From the NCBI RefSeq assembly GCF_009914755.1, contig NC_060936.1: a stretch of DNA of 64,000 nucleotides. The stretch is one strand, 5' to 3'. Below are positions 43,000 through 56,893 of this stretch, one piece after another. The notes under the pieces were generated by a model, which was not told where the DNA came from, did not search any database, and saw only the letters and a list, made by a program, of their open reading frames with translations. The position numbers and the translations under genes are program-made. Every line of letters starts with the position of its first letter. Positions within the stretch are counted from its first letter, which is position 1. This DNA comes from the human T2T-CHM13v2.0 reference genome, Homo sapiens.

Positions 43000-43810
43000 G
43001 GTTATTGTTTTCATTACTTTTGCTGCACAACAAATGATTATATTACTTAGTAGTTTAAACCAACAACCATCCTATTTGTTCATGGGTCTGTGGGCCATTA
43101 ATTTGACTAAACTTGGCTGGGCATTTTTTCTGATTTCTATTATATTTACTGGGTCTCTTATGTAACTGCAGTGAGATGGAAGCTAGAGCTAGAATGTCCT
43201 AAATCACTTACCTTATATGTCTGCTGCCTTGGCAGGATTGTCCGGAAGATGGGAATCTCTCTAGTTATCTGGGGCTTCTTTCCAGGGTGCTTATAGGGTA
43301 TTACTCAAGAGCAGGATCTGAAGAGTGAGTGTTCCTAAAAGACATGCTGCAGTATGCAAGTGCTTATAAAACATCTGCTTACATCATGTTGGCTAATGTT
43401 TTATTGGCTAAGCCCTGAGGTCATGTGGAAGGGGACCATATGGATATGCGAATATTGGTTTCTGATGTGTACTGGGAGCTACCAAGGTAACAGTCTATTA
43501 AAATCTATCCTCTGGCTTATAATGATTCACATCTTTCCCACATGCAAAATACATTCATATCCCAAATACACCAAAGTATCATTAACTTAAGGCATCAGGC
43601 TCAAGCTCAAAGCACAGGCTTTTCTCATCTAAATCAGATCCAGGTGGAGATGAGGCTCACCAGGTCCAGTTCCTTGGATGCATCCACTGAGGTGAAGCCC
43701 TCTCAACTCAGATATCTGCAATCTAAAATTAAAAATTATCTACTGCCACCCCACATACAATGGTGAGACAGGGCCTGATTAACAACAATAGCCGTTCTCA
43801 TTCAAGATGA
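43000..43810. mobile_element. MLT1-type MaLR remnants
   Basis: ttactttgctgc...catgggtctgtgggc...ctgcttacatcatgttggctaatg. Confidence 0.55.
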
Positions 43811-44113
43811 GAGAGACAAGAATGACAATATATTAACTTTTTAAAATTTATATTGTTTAAAATACTTGTTATCCTCTGTATTTTCTGTATTTTAAAACAA
43901 TAATATTTAATATATTAAAAATTAATTATTTATTAGTTTACCTAATATTTTCATCCAAATAGTATAACAGTTTGCAGGGTTATCTTAGAAGTTAAAGATT
44001 CAGATATTAATTTGGAGATCCTATCTCATCTTTCTTTCCTCTTTTTGAAAGCTTTAAATAGTTCATTAATAAGCCATTGAAATAAAACTAATTACATTTG
44101 TTCTTTGCTTCAG

Positions 44114-44264
44114 GAAAACCATATTGAGGCTATTGAGTGTGAAAATTTGGAAAATCTCTGTGTTGTTCTTCTTAATAAAAATCAACTGACTTCTCTTCAT
44201 GGTTTGGATGGCTGTACTAATATTCAGTGTCTTGAACTTTCATATAATAAAATTACTCGAATTG
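44114..44264 (+). CDS. LRRIQ1: LRRIQ1 exon 10, LRRs (ENHIEAIECENLENLCVVLLNKNQLTSLHGLDGCTNIQCLELSYNKITRI)
   Basis: gcttcag|GAA...ATTG|gtaaga; 151 nt, phase 0/1; SDS22-like LRR units. Confidence 0.94.
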
Positions 44265-44899
44265 GTAAGAACAATGAAATTTTAATATTTAAAGATATAT
44301 TTCTCATAATTTATTGTGTTTTATTTATTCCTTTTTAGGAGTAGGCCACCATCACAAATCTGCATATTTTATTTATGTTATACTTTTAAAATTTAGATTA
44401 AAAAAATAAAATTACTTTTAATGTCTATAAAAGGAATATGCTCTCCCACCACTGGCAACTCTGTAGTTCTTAGCAGTTAGTATATCTACTTCTCTGTTTC
44501 TTTTCCTACAACCAATAGTAATTTGAGCTCTATGGGAATATAACAACTTGATATTGTGCCATGATATTTTTATGGATCATCTGCTTCCCAAATGCCTCAG
44601 CAATTGTTGTAACTATTTGCTGGTAAACCTTTTTCATCACCACTCTCATTAGCTACATACATCACTTGGACTTATCTTTCCTTCTTTAGATAAAGTTGCT
44701 AAAACCACATGAAAGATTCATCAGGCTGCATCTCCCTAAACTTCTCAGTCCCTCCAGAGCTATATCTACATGTAACTATATTGACTTCCTTCCTTATATC
44801 TTATAATTTGTATAGGTAGCAATGAAAATCTCTTTTCTTACTTAAGGACCAGTCCTTTTATTTTTTGTTTTAGCAATTTTTTTGTGGACCCAACTTTTA

Positions 44900-45046
44900 T
44901 CTTTTATTTTTTATTTATTTATTTATATTTTTGATATGGTCTTGCTATGTTGCCCAGGCTTGTCTCGAACTCCTGGACTCAACAGATTTGCCCACCTCAG
45001 TTTCCCGAGTACTGAGACTACAGACATGTACCACTACAGTCAACCA
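44900..45046 (-). mobile_element. FLAM monomer
   Basis: ggtcttgctatgttgcccaggcttgtctcgaactcctggactcaa. Confidence 0.85.
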
Positions 45047-46285
45047 GTCCTATTTTCTATAAATATTCCCATCAGCCCGTCAGGACCTTACTCCATTATT
45101 TTACATCAGCCTTCTGTCAAAGTGTTTCTATTGCTGTGTCCTTTCTCTCACATTTCTAAATGAAATTAAAACAAAAGAGAAAATGAAAAAAAAGAAAACC
45201 TTTCCTCTTACCTCACATTGAGTTCTGTCATTGCCTCCCATCTCTTCTTCCCCTTTATTGTCAAGTTTCGGGAAAGAAAGAATGTTTTGTGTTTGCTTTT
45301 ACCTCTTATCACCCAACTTCCCTCTTCTACCCACTGAAATGCGACTCAGGTTACTTCTGCATTATTGCCAGCGTGATGATGCTGAAATAAAAATTGTATT
45401 ATTCACCTCCTGGCTTGATTTCTTCTATTGTTTTTTATTATTTAATTCATGATGAAATTCTCAAGGGCCTTGGTAGAGGCTTAATAATGGTTAATGAACA
45501 ATCGAGTATCGCCAAAAAGTTGGGAACTGGATTAAAATTTTACTTTGATATGGGACAGATGGCTGAAATACTGGGCTCCCAGAGGATACCATACTGTCCA
45601 CCTTTTCAGTCCTATAATCATTGGAAAGTTTAATCTAGACTGAAATATCAGAGTAGAAAGGGTGTAGATAGAGGAATAGAAATAAGCTTAATTTCTGTGT
45701 CTAGTCCTGGTTATACTATTAGTTTTGCTTGTTTGTGTATATTTTGTTTTTTCTTCTTTTATTGTGGAAAATTTCAAACATTTATAAATGTACAATAATA
45801 CATAGAAATTCCATATAACCATTAGTTATATTAAACATTTGCTTCATCTTTACTTTTTTGGGGTTTTGATTTCATTTTTTTCTTTCATAAAGGAGATCCC
45901 CAGACCATGTAATTCCATTCCTTCATACTTCAGGAGACAGTTTTGAATAATATGGCCGTCTCTTACTTAACCCCATTGCATTATAACACCTAATGGAATT
46001 AATAATGAATCCTTGTATCAACTGATAGCACGTAATCAAATTTTTCTGATTTTCTAAGTGTCTGGGTTTATTGGAATCATAACATCAATGAGTATATATT
46101 ACATTTATCTAGGTCTTTGAAGTCCCTTTAAATCTGCAGCAGTCCTCACGGCTTTTTTTTTTTCCCATTCCGTTGATTTGTTGCAGAACCTGTGTGAATT
46201 GTCTTACAGAATGTCCTGCCTCAGGCTTTGTCCATTTACTTTTTTTAGTTTCAATGAAATTGTTTCATTAAGCCCTGTATTTTCT

Positions 46286-47456
46286 TATTTATTTATTTAT
46301 TTATTTAATTTTATTATTATTATACTTTAAGTTTTAGGGTACATGTGCACAACGTGCAGGTTTGTTACATATGTATACATGTGCCATGTTGGTGTGCTGC
46401 ACCCATTAACTCGTCATTTAGCATTAGGTATACCTCCTAATGCTATCCCTCCCCCCTCCCCCCACCTCACAACAGTCCCCGGTGTGTGATGTTCCCCACC
46501 CTGTGTCCATGTGTTCTCATTGTTCAATTCCCACCTGTGAGTGAGAACATGCGGTGTTTGGTTTTTCGTCCTTGTGATAGTTTGCTGAGAATGATGGTTT
46601 CCAGTTTCATCCATGTCCCCACAAAGGACATGAACCCATCATTTTTTATGGCTGCATAGTATTCCATGGTGTATATGTGCCACATTTTCTTAATCCAGTC
46701 TATCGTTGTTGTACATTTAGGTTGGTTCCAAGTCTTTGCTATTGTGAATAGTGCCGCAATAAACATACATGTGCATGTGTCTTTATAACAGCATGATTTA
46801 TAATCCTTTGGGTATATTCCTAGTAATGGGATGGCTGGGTCAAACGGTATTTCTAGTTCTAGATCCCTGAGGAATCGCCACGCTGACTTCCACAATGGTT
46901 GAACTAGTTTACAGTCCCACCAACAGTGTAAAAGTGTTCCTATTTCTCCACATCCTCTCCAGCACCTGTTGTTTCCTGACTTTTTAATGATCGCCATTCT
47001 AACTGGTGTGAGATGGTATCTCATTGTGATTTTGATTTGCATTTCTCTGATGGCCAGTGATGATGAACATTTTTTCATGTGTTTTTTGGCTGCATAAATG
47101 TCTTCTTTTGACAAGTGTCTTCATATCCTTCGCCTACTTTTTGATGGGGTTGTTTGTTTTTTTCTTGTGAGTTTGTTGGAGTTCATTGTAGATTCTGGAT
47201 ATTAGCCCTTTGTCAGATGAGTAGGTTGCAAACATTTTCTCCCATTCTGTAGGTTGCCTGTTCACTCTGATGGTAGTTTCTTTTGCTGTGCAGAAGCTCT
47301 TTAGTTTAATTAGATCCCATTTGTCAATTTTGGCTTTTGTTGCCATTGCTTTTGGTGTTTTAGACATGAAGTCCTTGCCCATGCCTATGTCCTGAATGGT
47401 ATTGCCTAGGTTTTCTTCAAGATGGATTAAAGACTTAAATGTTAGACCTAAAACCA
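46286..47456 (-). mobile_element. Young L1PA, 5'-truncated with terminal inversion
   Basis: Near-intact ORF2 C-terminus (ORF 46524..47114); inverted piece about 47416-47456; TSD taagc(c/t)ctgtattttct. Confidence 0.97.
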
Positions 47457-48969
47457 TAAGCTCTGTATTTTCTATAAATTGAAGTTAGTTAAAAACGGTT
47501 TGATTAAGTTAAAAAGTAAGCTGCTTTGGCGGGAATTCTTCATAGGTGGTGTTCTGTGCTTTATATTTGATTGCATCCGCAGTCATACAGTATTTGACGA
47601 TTTACTTTTAGTGATGCTACACTTGAGTGTTTGGTGTAGCTGATGATAGCCTAAACGCTCCATTATAAAGCTCGCCATCAACCTTTCATCTAATGTTCAT
47701 CCGTTAATTAATATGACCTGGATCAATTAATGCAGCAGAGGATGTGATTTGTGAATTTTCTATTTGATCATTTCTTCCACAGCCTTTAAGCTGGAATTCT
47801 TTAATCAATTAGAACTATTTTGTTATCCTGAAATGGTTTGTAGCAGAATGACAGGGCTAAATGCTTACTATTGTATGGAGAAATTCTTAAAGTCTTAGTG
47901 ACTCTAGTTACTTTCAGTGGTGCCAACTTGTTTTTTGTTTGTTTGTTTAGTTTGTTTTACTACTTGTTCTACCTTTCTCTCTCTCTCTCAATATTCTTAT
48001 GAAAATATACATTTTTACAGCTCAGAATATTTCAGTCAGTTGCTCTGTTATTCGTTTTGATACTCTAATTGTTTTGTATTGTGAACTTGAATTGAGGATA
48101 GCAAATATGCTTTAGACTTATAGCTGTATTCATTTTTTCTTCCACTATATTCCTTGGTTTATGGCAACATTAATATAACCACGTGCCATATCTTATCCAT
48201 AAAATAGCTTCAAAACAACAATGCCACTATTACTATTTATAATATAGCTTACTAATTTTAAGATTTATTTACATTTTTTGTCCTTGCACTATCCCAAACA
48301 GATATGATTAAAATAGTATGTTATAAAATCATTTGAAATAGTTTATCTTTGGGATTAGATTATAAATTGATAATTTAGTTTGCTAAATTAATTTGATAAA
48401 TTAATTCACTTTTCCCATTTGATTGTGTTTAACTTTTATATGTAACACAGATTCATGATTCCAAGATGAAAACTACATTAAAAAAGCATACTCAAGATAT
48501 TGTGCATTAGTCCATCCTTTTCACTCTTCTCTCGCATTTACTCTTATATGTGGAATTTTTGTATAATATGTACATATATAATACGTAAAACATATATATG
48601 TGTGCATCTATATATATGCACGTATCTAAGGAAATACATGTTATGTATGCTAATCCTCTCACAAAATGTAGCATATTTTAAGTACTGTTCTTTGTCTTGC
48701 TTTTTTTACTTAACAACATATTATGGAACTTATAATTATTTTTCCATAGCTACTTAATATTCTATTGTGTGAAATGAGCAGAGTTTTCCTATTTTTGCCT
48801 TGCTGATGGATATTGAATGGTTTCCAATCTTCCATATTACCATAATGAATATGACACCTATTTAATTTCATATTTGATCAGATATATCTTCAGGTTAATT
48901 TCCTGCAATTTGTATCAATGGGTCAAAAGATACCTATAATTAGGAAGATAGTGTCAGACTCCCTTTATA

Positions 48970-49322
48970 TATATTGTGCCTATTCTCATGCTGCTGATAA
49001 AGACATAGCCGAGAATGGGTGATTTATAAAGGAAAGAGGTTTAATAGACTCACAGTTCCACACGGCTGGGGCCTCAAAATCATGGAGGAAGACAATGCAA
49101 GAGCAAAGGGATGTCTTACATGGTGGCAGGCCAAAGGGCTTGTGCAGGGGAACTCCCATTTTTAAAACCATCAGATCTTGTGAGACTTATTCACTACCAC
49201 AAAAACAGTATGGAGGAAACTTCTCCCATGATTCAGTTATCTCCACCTGGCCTGCCCTTGACGTGTGGGGATTATTACAATTCAAGGTGAGATATGGGTG
49301 GGGACACAACCAAACCATATCA
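48970..49322 (+). mobile_element. THE1 solo LTR
   Basis: ttctcatgctgctgataaagacata...gactcacagttccac...ggggacacaaccaaaccatatca. Confidence 0.92.
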
Positions 49323-49379
49323 TTGCCATTTAGTACTTTTACCACAAATGCATGGTAATACTAGTTTCTTGGCTTTTTC

Positions 49380-50270
49380 TTTTCTGTTTATTATGCTGTT
49401 CTTTTCTATTTTGAGTTAAATATTTCATACAATTATTTTTAAATTTTTTCAATCGTATTGACATACTTAAATCTATAGATTTTCCTCTGAGCAATGCTTA
49501 TTCTGTAACTTGTGACATGGAGATATTTTCATCATTTTCATAATTTTAGGGTTTTTAAAAATGTTTTACCTTAGATTTAAAATTTCCATATAGAAAGGTC
49601 ATTTTTTTTTGGTGATTCTTTTTAGTTTTATTGCTTTATAGCCAGAGAATAATTTTTATGCTATTTCTGTTTTTGGAACTTATTTTGGCTGTCTTGCTAA
49701 TCTAATATGTGGTCAATTTTCATGAATGTTTTAGGTGTACTTGAAAAGGAGGCAGGGTTTTTTATTATTGGGATAAAGAGTTTATTTTGCATGTGTAAGA
49801 TCTACCTTACTGATAATTTTTTTAAAGGTGATCTGTTTGCTTGATTTACTTTGGACTGAGGAAGTTGCCTGTGAATTTGCCTGTTATTGATTTGTCGTTA
49901 ATCAGCCTTTTTTTTTTTGGTAAATCCTTTGGTTTCTGTTTTGTGAATGTTACTGCCATGCAATTTTATAAATGTCTTATCTTTTTCGTAAATTTTAGCT
50001 TTGACTATTATGTTTTTTTCATTCTCTCTTTAATGCCTTTGAAACTAAATTCTACCTTGTCCGATATGGTTTATTTTTATTTTTGTTTGCCTACCTGGCC
50101 ATCTTTTTTATTTTTAACCTTTTGAATCAAGTTTAGACATTTATTTTTATACAGTATAGATTTAGGTTTTATTTTTTGCTCCAGGTTTAAATTTTTTTCT
50201 CATATAAGCTATAACCACTTGCATTTATTAATTCGTCTTATATATTTGGTCTTAATTCTGTCATCCTACT
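49380..50270 (-). mobile_element. Ancient L1M ORF2 remnant
   Basis: ctaatatgtggtcaattttcatgaatgtt...gtgtacttgaaaag matches the antisense L1 ORF2 pattern. Confidence 0.6.
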
Positions 50271-50273
50271 CAG

Positions 50274-50465
50274 GATATTCCTTCTTTCTGGAAGAAAAAC
50301 TTGTTGACAATGCAGGGTTCTGCCATCACTTGGGCACCTCCACTTCTTACTTATCCCTGGCACAAGTCTGGATTCCAACTGGATTATGTTGGTCCTGGAT
50401 ACCTATTACCTCACTTACAAAAAATTCAGATTGTAATTTCCTTATCTCCCACTTATACTGGAATT
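50274..50465 (+). CDS. LRRIQ1: LRRIQ1 exon 11, 64-codon non-LRR insert (GYSFFLEEKLVDNAGFCHHLG...LISHLYWN)
   Basis: cttaattctgtcatcctactcag|GA...AATT|gtaagt; 192 nt, phase 1/1, open in the frame of exon 10. Confidence 0.75.
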
Positions 50466-51654
50466 GTAAGTTGTGTTTATTTTTTATTTTGTTACTCTTT
50501 ATGGATTTCTAGAGGAGGTATGGGGAGGGTTGGATCTAGGCAGTCACCATCATCTCCTTTATTTTTTTAAATATAGGTAAAATATAGCTGTTTTCACAAA
50601 ATAAGCTTTATTTTGCAAACATTTCAAGGCATACTTTTGAAAATATAACATATAACATGCTTTAATGTGTTTATTTGCCTGCGTTCTTGTGCTGCCTGCT
50701 TTGGATTACTATGACTTCTTCCATATGGAAATGCTGATAGTTTTGACACAAATATTTTTACTTTAAAATTTTAGTTTAAAATAATTTTGTTGTTGTTGGA
50801 GTGAAGGCAAGTGCATTGATAATGTATGTTACTATATTGGCACACACTGAAGCAAACTTTAAAAAGAAAAGAAAGGCTGTTTGTAAAAAAAGAAATGCTT
50901 GAATTCCCGTTTACTTCATTTTCATTGCCAGCAGTGCTGTACGAATTTTTTTGGTAAGTAGTGGATTTCCTGGCATAGGATATCAGCAAGATTTATGTGA
51001 AAACTGCCATAGTATTAATTGATAAACCTGAGATATCTCTGTGCATGCAGTACAGAGCAAACAAGGTAAAAGACTTCTTTGGTGTCTGTTGGGTACAATG
51101 AAAACACTGTATTTATTGAGTGTGAGAATAGTATACATGAGAAAGTAGATTTTCTGAAGAGCAGTTGGAGTCTGTTTTTCATCTTCAGGAAATGCTTAGA
51201 GATTCTGGTTGAGCTAAGTGAAAAGCATAGATTTTGTCTTTCAGTGATATATTGATGCTAAGAACTCTTATGAAGGGAGACAAAGATAGATTTGTGTTTG
51301 TAAGTTAGTGAGTTACTATTCCATGCTATAATATTTCTTAAGGAGGTGAAATAAAATTGGAAGCAATACCACAATATTTCACATTGGTAGTTTCAAGTTT
51401 AATTTGTTTCTAATTCTTACTGTGCTATAGTTATCACAGTAGTTAATATGTAATGTTAACTTTATTCTTTTTATTAGAAAATATTAATGTACATATTTAT
51501 TTGGTTGATACTATTTGCATTTAAGTGAATGAGAATAGTGAATGTATCAATCTTTTTAAGGCAATTTATTTGAAATTAGTTATGAATGTTTTCCATTCTA
51601 ATTAAACTATGCAATTGTAAAAACAAAAATATAACGTGAAATATTCATACCAGT

Positions 51655-52015
51655 TTTATTTTATTTTTTAATTTTTATTTTTGTGGGTACATGGTAGGTG
51701 TATATATTTATGGGATAATGTGATGTTTTGACATAGGCATGCAATGTGAAATAATCATATCATGGAAAATGGGGTATCTATCCCCTCAAAGATTTATCCT
51801 TTGTTTCTACAAACAAATTACAATCTTTTAGTTATATTAAAATGTAAAATTAAGTTATTATTAACTATCATGCTGTTGTGCTATCAGATAGTAGGTCTTA
51901 TTCATTCATTCTGTTTTTTTTATATATATATACATTAAGCAAGCATCCCCAACTCCTCCCAGCCCCTTACTACCTTTCCCAGCTTCTGGTAACATCCTTC
52001 TACTCTCTATTTTAT
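51655..52015 (-). mobile_element. L1MA 3' UTR fragment
   Basis: ttttgtgggtacatggtaggtgtatatatttatggg...cttctggtaacatccttctactctct. Confidence 0.88.
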
Positions 52016-52512
52016 GACCAATTTTAAATAAGAAAATCTTTCATGTTGTCCTTTGTTTGAAATTTCCCATAAGTAAATTTAAGGCAAAATTGGTAAAACT
52101 GTGTTTTCTATATGAGATGTGGCAAAAAATATATTGAATGAATGTTGCCACATGATTGTTAAAGTTTATAAAATGGTTCATGGAAAACCTTTAGTCCTTT
52201 GAGTCAGTATTTTTCAGTTAGTTTTTAAAGTAAGAATAGCCAAAGCAAATGAAAAATGGGATTTATAACTTAAAATCTAGTTGTCTTTATTTCTCTTATT
52301 TTATGTTGAATTTCATTGACTTTCTAGCAGAAAATTTTGAAACTAAATTAATTTTGAATAAATCCATATTTGAAAAAAGTTATTTTTTACATTTTATTTA
52401 CATAAAAATACAATTAAGTGTTATACAGTAATAGATAGCTTTCTTACCAATAGGTATTTAAGTGCTTTATACAAATTAACTCATTTGCTTTTCACATCAC
52501 TGGCATGAGTTA

Positions 52513-53237
<725 letters not shown>

Positions 53238-55026
53238 TCTGACCCCACCAGATAAGAAAACTGAGACACAAAGAAGTAAAGTAGATTATCTAAAATTACA
53301 CAGCTAGTAAATGATAGAGACAGGATTTGAAACTCAGCAGTCTATCTCTAGTGCCTAATTTTTAAATTACCTTATTCTTCTATTCTTCTACTTTTTAAAT
53401 AAATATACATTTCATAATTAAGATTACTACTATTTTTATACTACATTAAAACTCTTTATGCTGAACAAATGTAATGATTTTGACATTTTTTCAAAATAAA
53501 TTTATTGAGTACCTATATGTATAAGCGCTTTTTCAGCACTGAAATATTTCTGGGGATGTAGCAATAAACAAAATAAATGATTATCTTGACTTTTTCCACA
53601 CAAAACAAACGACTCTCTTGACTTTAATATCATAGTGATATACATTTTCTCTATATATATGGAATTGGAATAAGTTATTTCTTTTATTAAATATTGAATA
53701 AAAATAAAAATAAATATAATGTTAACATGTAAGAGTAAATGATCATTTTTATATTCTTGTTCATGATGTATCTGTTTCTGTTTAGGAAAACTTTAATCTG
53801 AAAAAATATTTCTTTAATTTAAGCAATATATTTGCCAATTTATAAATTTCACATCATATATTCCTAAAAATTATCATGTAAATAGTAGAGATACTAAGAG
53901 TTTTTTTCCTTCTTTATTTTCTAGATAATACTGCTTTCTGGAAAATTGCCCACTAGTATTGTAAATATGAAAGATATGGAAATAATTTAACATTTTCACA
54001 TAGGCTTGATTGCTGTGTCGTGGCTCATAGTGCTTGGAATAATTCTTGCTTTCAAATATTGTCTTTGAATCATTGGGAGGAAAAATAAAGTAAGAACTCT
54101 AGACATTTTGCTTATAAGAATCTTTTTCACTATTACCTATTCAGTGATTTTTTTTTTTTTGGAGTCCACTAGATGGTGCTAGCTTACTTGTTAGTTTTGA
54201 AGGGCAACACAATGCTTAGTGTAAAGCTGAAAGGGATCTTAGGTATCTCGCCAGTCTAGGCTGCTTAGTTTACAGATGAAAAAACACCCACATAGTTTTC
54301 ATCTAACTCATGGCAGAGGTAGGGCTGGGATCCAAGTTTCCTGATTCCTGTTTCAGTATTACTCTTTCTATACAACATGTATAATCCTGAAGTACTTTTG
54401 CACTAAAATTAAAAAGTCTCAAGTGCAACTTTGTATATTTGTATGTGTGAATGAAAAACCATCAGACATGGCAATCAGTGAACAGCTGAAGGAGGTTGAT
54501 CTTCAGTGAAAAACCTCCAGCCTAATTTAACATTTTTAATTTTGCTGTTCCTTACAGAATTTTCTCCCCTGTGGCAGGAATGTTTTATTAGACCATTGGC
54601 TCACTTCTGTGGGAAGAATTATTTGAAATAGATATTTGTAGAAAGTATGGCCAAAAGTTAATTTTGCCATGGGCATGAGCCCTTTGAAGAGTAAACACAC
54701 TTGACTTAAGTTTTATTTTGTGAGATCTAGGAAACTTTAAAAGAGCTGTTAAAAGAATATATTTAACCAGTAAGCTAAACAATATTTAAGCAAGTCTTTA
54801 TTTGTATTATATTTAAGTCCTTTGAAAAGGCTCTTTAATATTTTTGTGGCTATTGTTTGTTTTATTTTGAATAGGGCAGGGGAAGAAATATTGGATATTT
54901 TATCTGGGAAAGAATAATTTTCTTAGAGGTGTTAAGGAATTAATGGTATCCTAAGATAGGACTTGCTATAAGTTTATTTTACTCAGTTGTCAGCCTTTAT
55001 TTGACATTAAAGAATTTGTAAAATTA

Positions 55027-55367
55027 GGACAGGCATGGTGGCTTACACCTGTAATCACAGCACATGGTGGCTTACACCTGTATTCACAGCACTTTGGGAG
55101 GCCAAGCTGGGCAGATGGCTTGAGCTCACGAGTTGGAGACCAGCCTGGGCAACATAGTGAGACCTCATTTCTACTAAAAATAAAAAAATAAAATAAACAA
55201 AAAATAAGCCAGGTGGGCTGGTGCATGCTTGTAGCTCCAGCTACTTGGGAGGCTGAGATGGGAGAATCACTTGAGCTTGGGGGATCAAGGCTGTAGTAAG
55301 CCGAGATCACACCAATGCACTCCAACCTGGGCACCAGAACGAGACCCTGTCTCAAAAAAAAAAAAAT
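55027..55367 (+). mobile_element. AluJ with internal 29-bp duplication
   Basis: Dimeric Alu with A tail. Confidence 0.93.
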
Positions 55368-56104
55368 TGATTAAAGACAAAGGGTAGCAACTTACTCTAA
55401 CTTCATTTACATCTAGAACCCGCCCACCCCTTCCATCCAAGTGCATTTATGGAATCGATTACTGTTTAATCAGTTGTGAATAGAGTTTTTGGAATGTATA
55501 TTAATATTGTTTCTCCTTTAATGTTTGACTCAAAATTCAGCCCTCTCTGAAGCCTTATTTGGTCACCACAAATTTATAGTTTTAAACTCCTTGTTTTATT
55601 AAGAATAATTATTGGGAAATAATAATAGCTATCATTTTTAGTAGCTATCTTGTGAAAATCCTGTATAATATTATTTTTAATCCTCATAATGAGGTGAAGT
55701 TACCCTCACTCTATAAATAAAAAAGCTAAAGCTCAGAGAAGTTAAGTCACTTGTCTACCTTCAAATAGCTAGTTTGGGAGTAGGCTTGTTTTTTACAACT
55801 CAGGACAGCCTACTTCAGAACCTATATATTTTTGTTATGCCACCTGCCTGTTGATTAAGTGTGGTACTGATAATATTAGCAATGACTTCATGATTATTGT
55901 AGTTCAATCTTTTTATTCTTATATATTTTTTTACTTTAAATGTTTTTGAGGGCATGCTATTTGGTGCCTGCAAATTTATAACTGTTACATGTTTCTGTTA
56001 AATTGACCAGTTTCATCATTTTAAAACGTCTCTTTTCATAGGTAGTAAAGCTTTCTGCTTTAGTCTTCTGTGTCTTATATAATTAAACGAGCTTTATTTT
56101 AGAT

Positions 56105-56582
56105 GCAGGACTGTTTTACATTCTCAGAAATTATTGAGGACCTCTCTCAAATAACTTATTTGTATGGGTTATGTCTAGCAATATTGCCAAGTAGTCGAAA
56201 AAAAATTTTTTTACGTTTTATTAATTCATTTAGAATTTCAAATAATAAAACTTTTGGATTCACAAAAATTTTATAAATGTTAATTCTGTTTTCTAAACAA
56301 AGAGTTATACTGGGAAGAAGGGTGTTGTTACACATTTTTGTAAATCTCTTTAATGTCTGACTTAACACAAGACATCTGGGTTCTCATATTTGCCTCTGCA
56401 GTCAATTTGCTATAATATCACAAGTCATGTAGCCTCTGGAAAACTCCACTATACTCTCTTGACCAAATGAGAGTGAAAAACCAAATAGCATTTTGGAATT
56501 ATTATGAAAGCAGTACTGACTTTACAGAATCTTTAAAAGCATCTCTGGGAGGTCTCTGGACCACACTTTGAGAACCACTAGT
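56105..56582. mobile_element. hAT-Charlie remnant
   Basis: Ends ...gaccacactttgagaaccacta; internal gtagcctctggaaaactccact. Confidence 0.65.
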
Positions 56583-56609
56583 TTAGTGTTCACATGATGT
56601 ATCTTTATC

Positions 56610-56893
56610 TTTTTTTTTTTTTTTTTTTTTTTGAGATGGAGTCTCACTCTGTCTCGGCTTACTGCAAGCTCCGCCTCCCGGGTTCAAGCAATTCTGTTGC
56701 CTCAGCCTCTTGGGTAGATGGGATATTACAGGCGCTCACCACCATGCCCGGCTAATTTTTTGTATTTTTAGTAGAGACGGGGTTTCACCATGTTGGCCAG
56801 ACTGGTCTCGAACTCCTGACCTTGGGATCCGCCTGCCTCCACCTCCCAAAGTGCTGGGATTACAGGTGTAAGAGCTGCCACCATGCCCAGCCT
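56610..56893 (-). mobile_element. AluS with internal deletion in right arm
   Basis: gagtctcactctgtc|tcggcttactgc lacks gcccaggctggagtgcagtgg. Confidence 0.93.

Noticed and set aside
46524-47457. 196-aa and 107-aa ORFs
   Set aside because: L1 ORF2 C-terminal remnants in a truncated element; not a host gene
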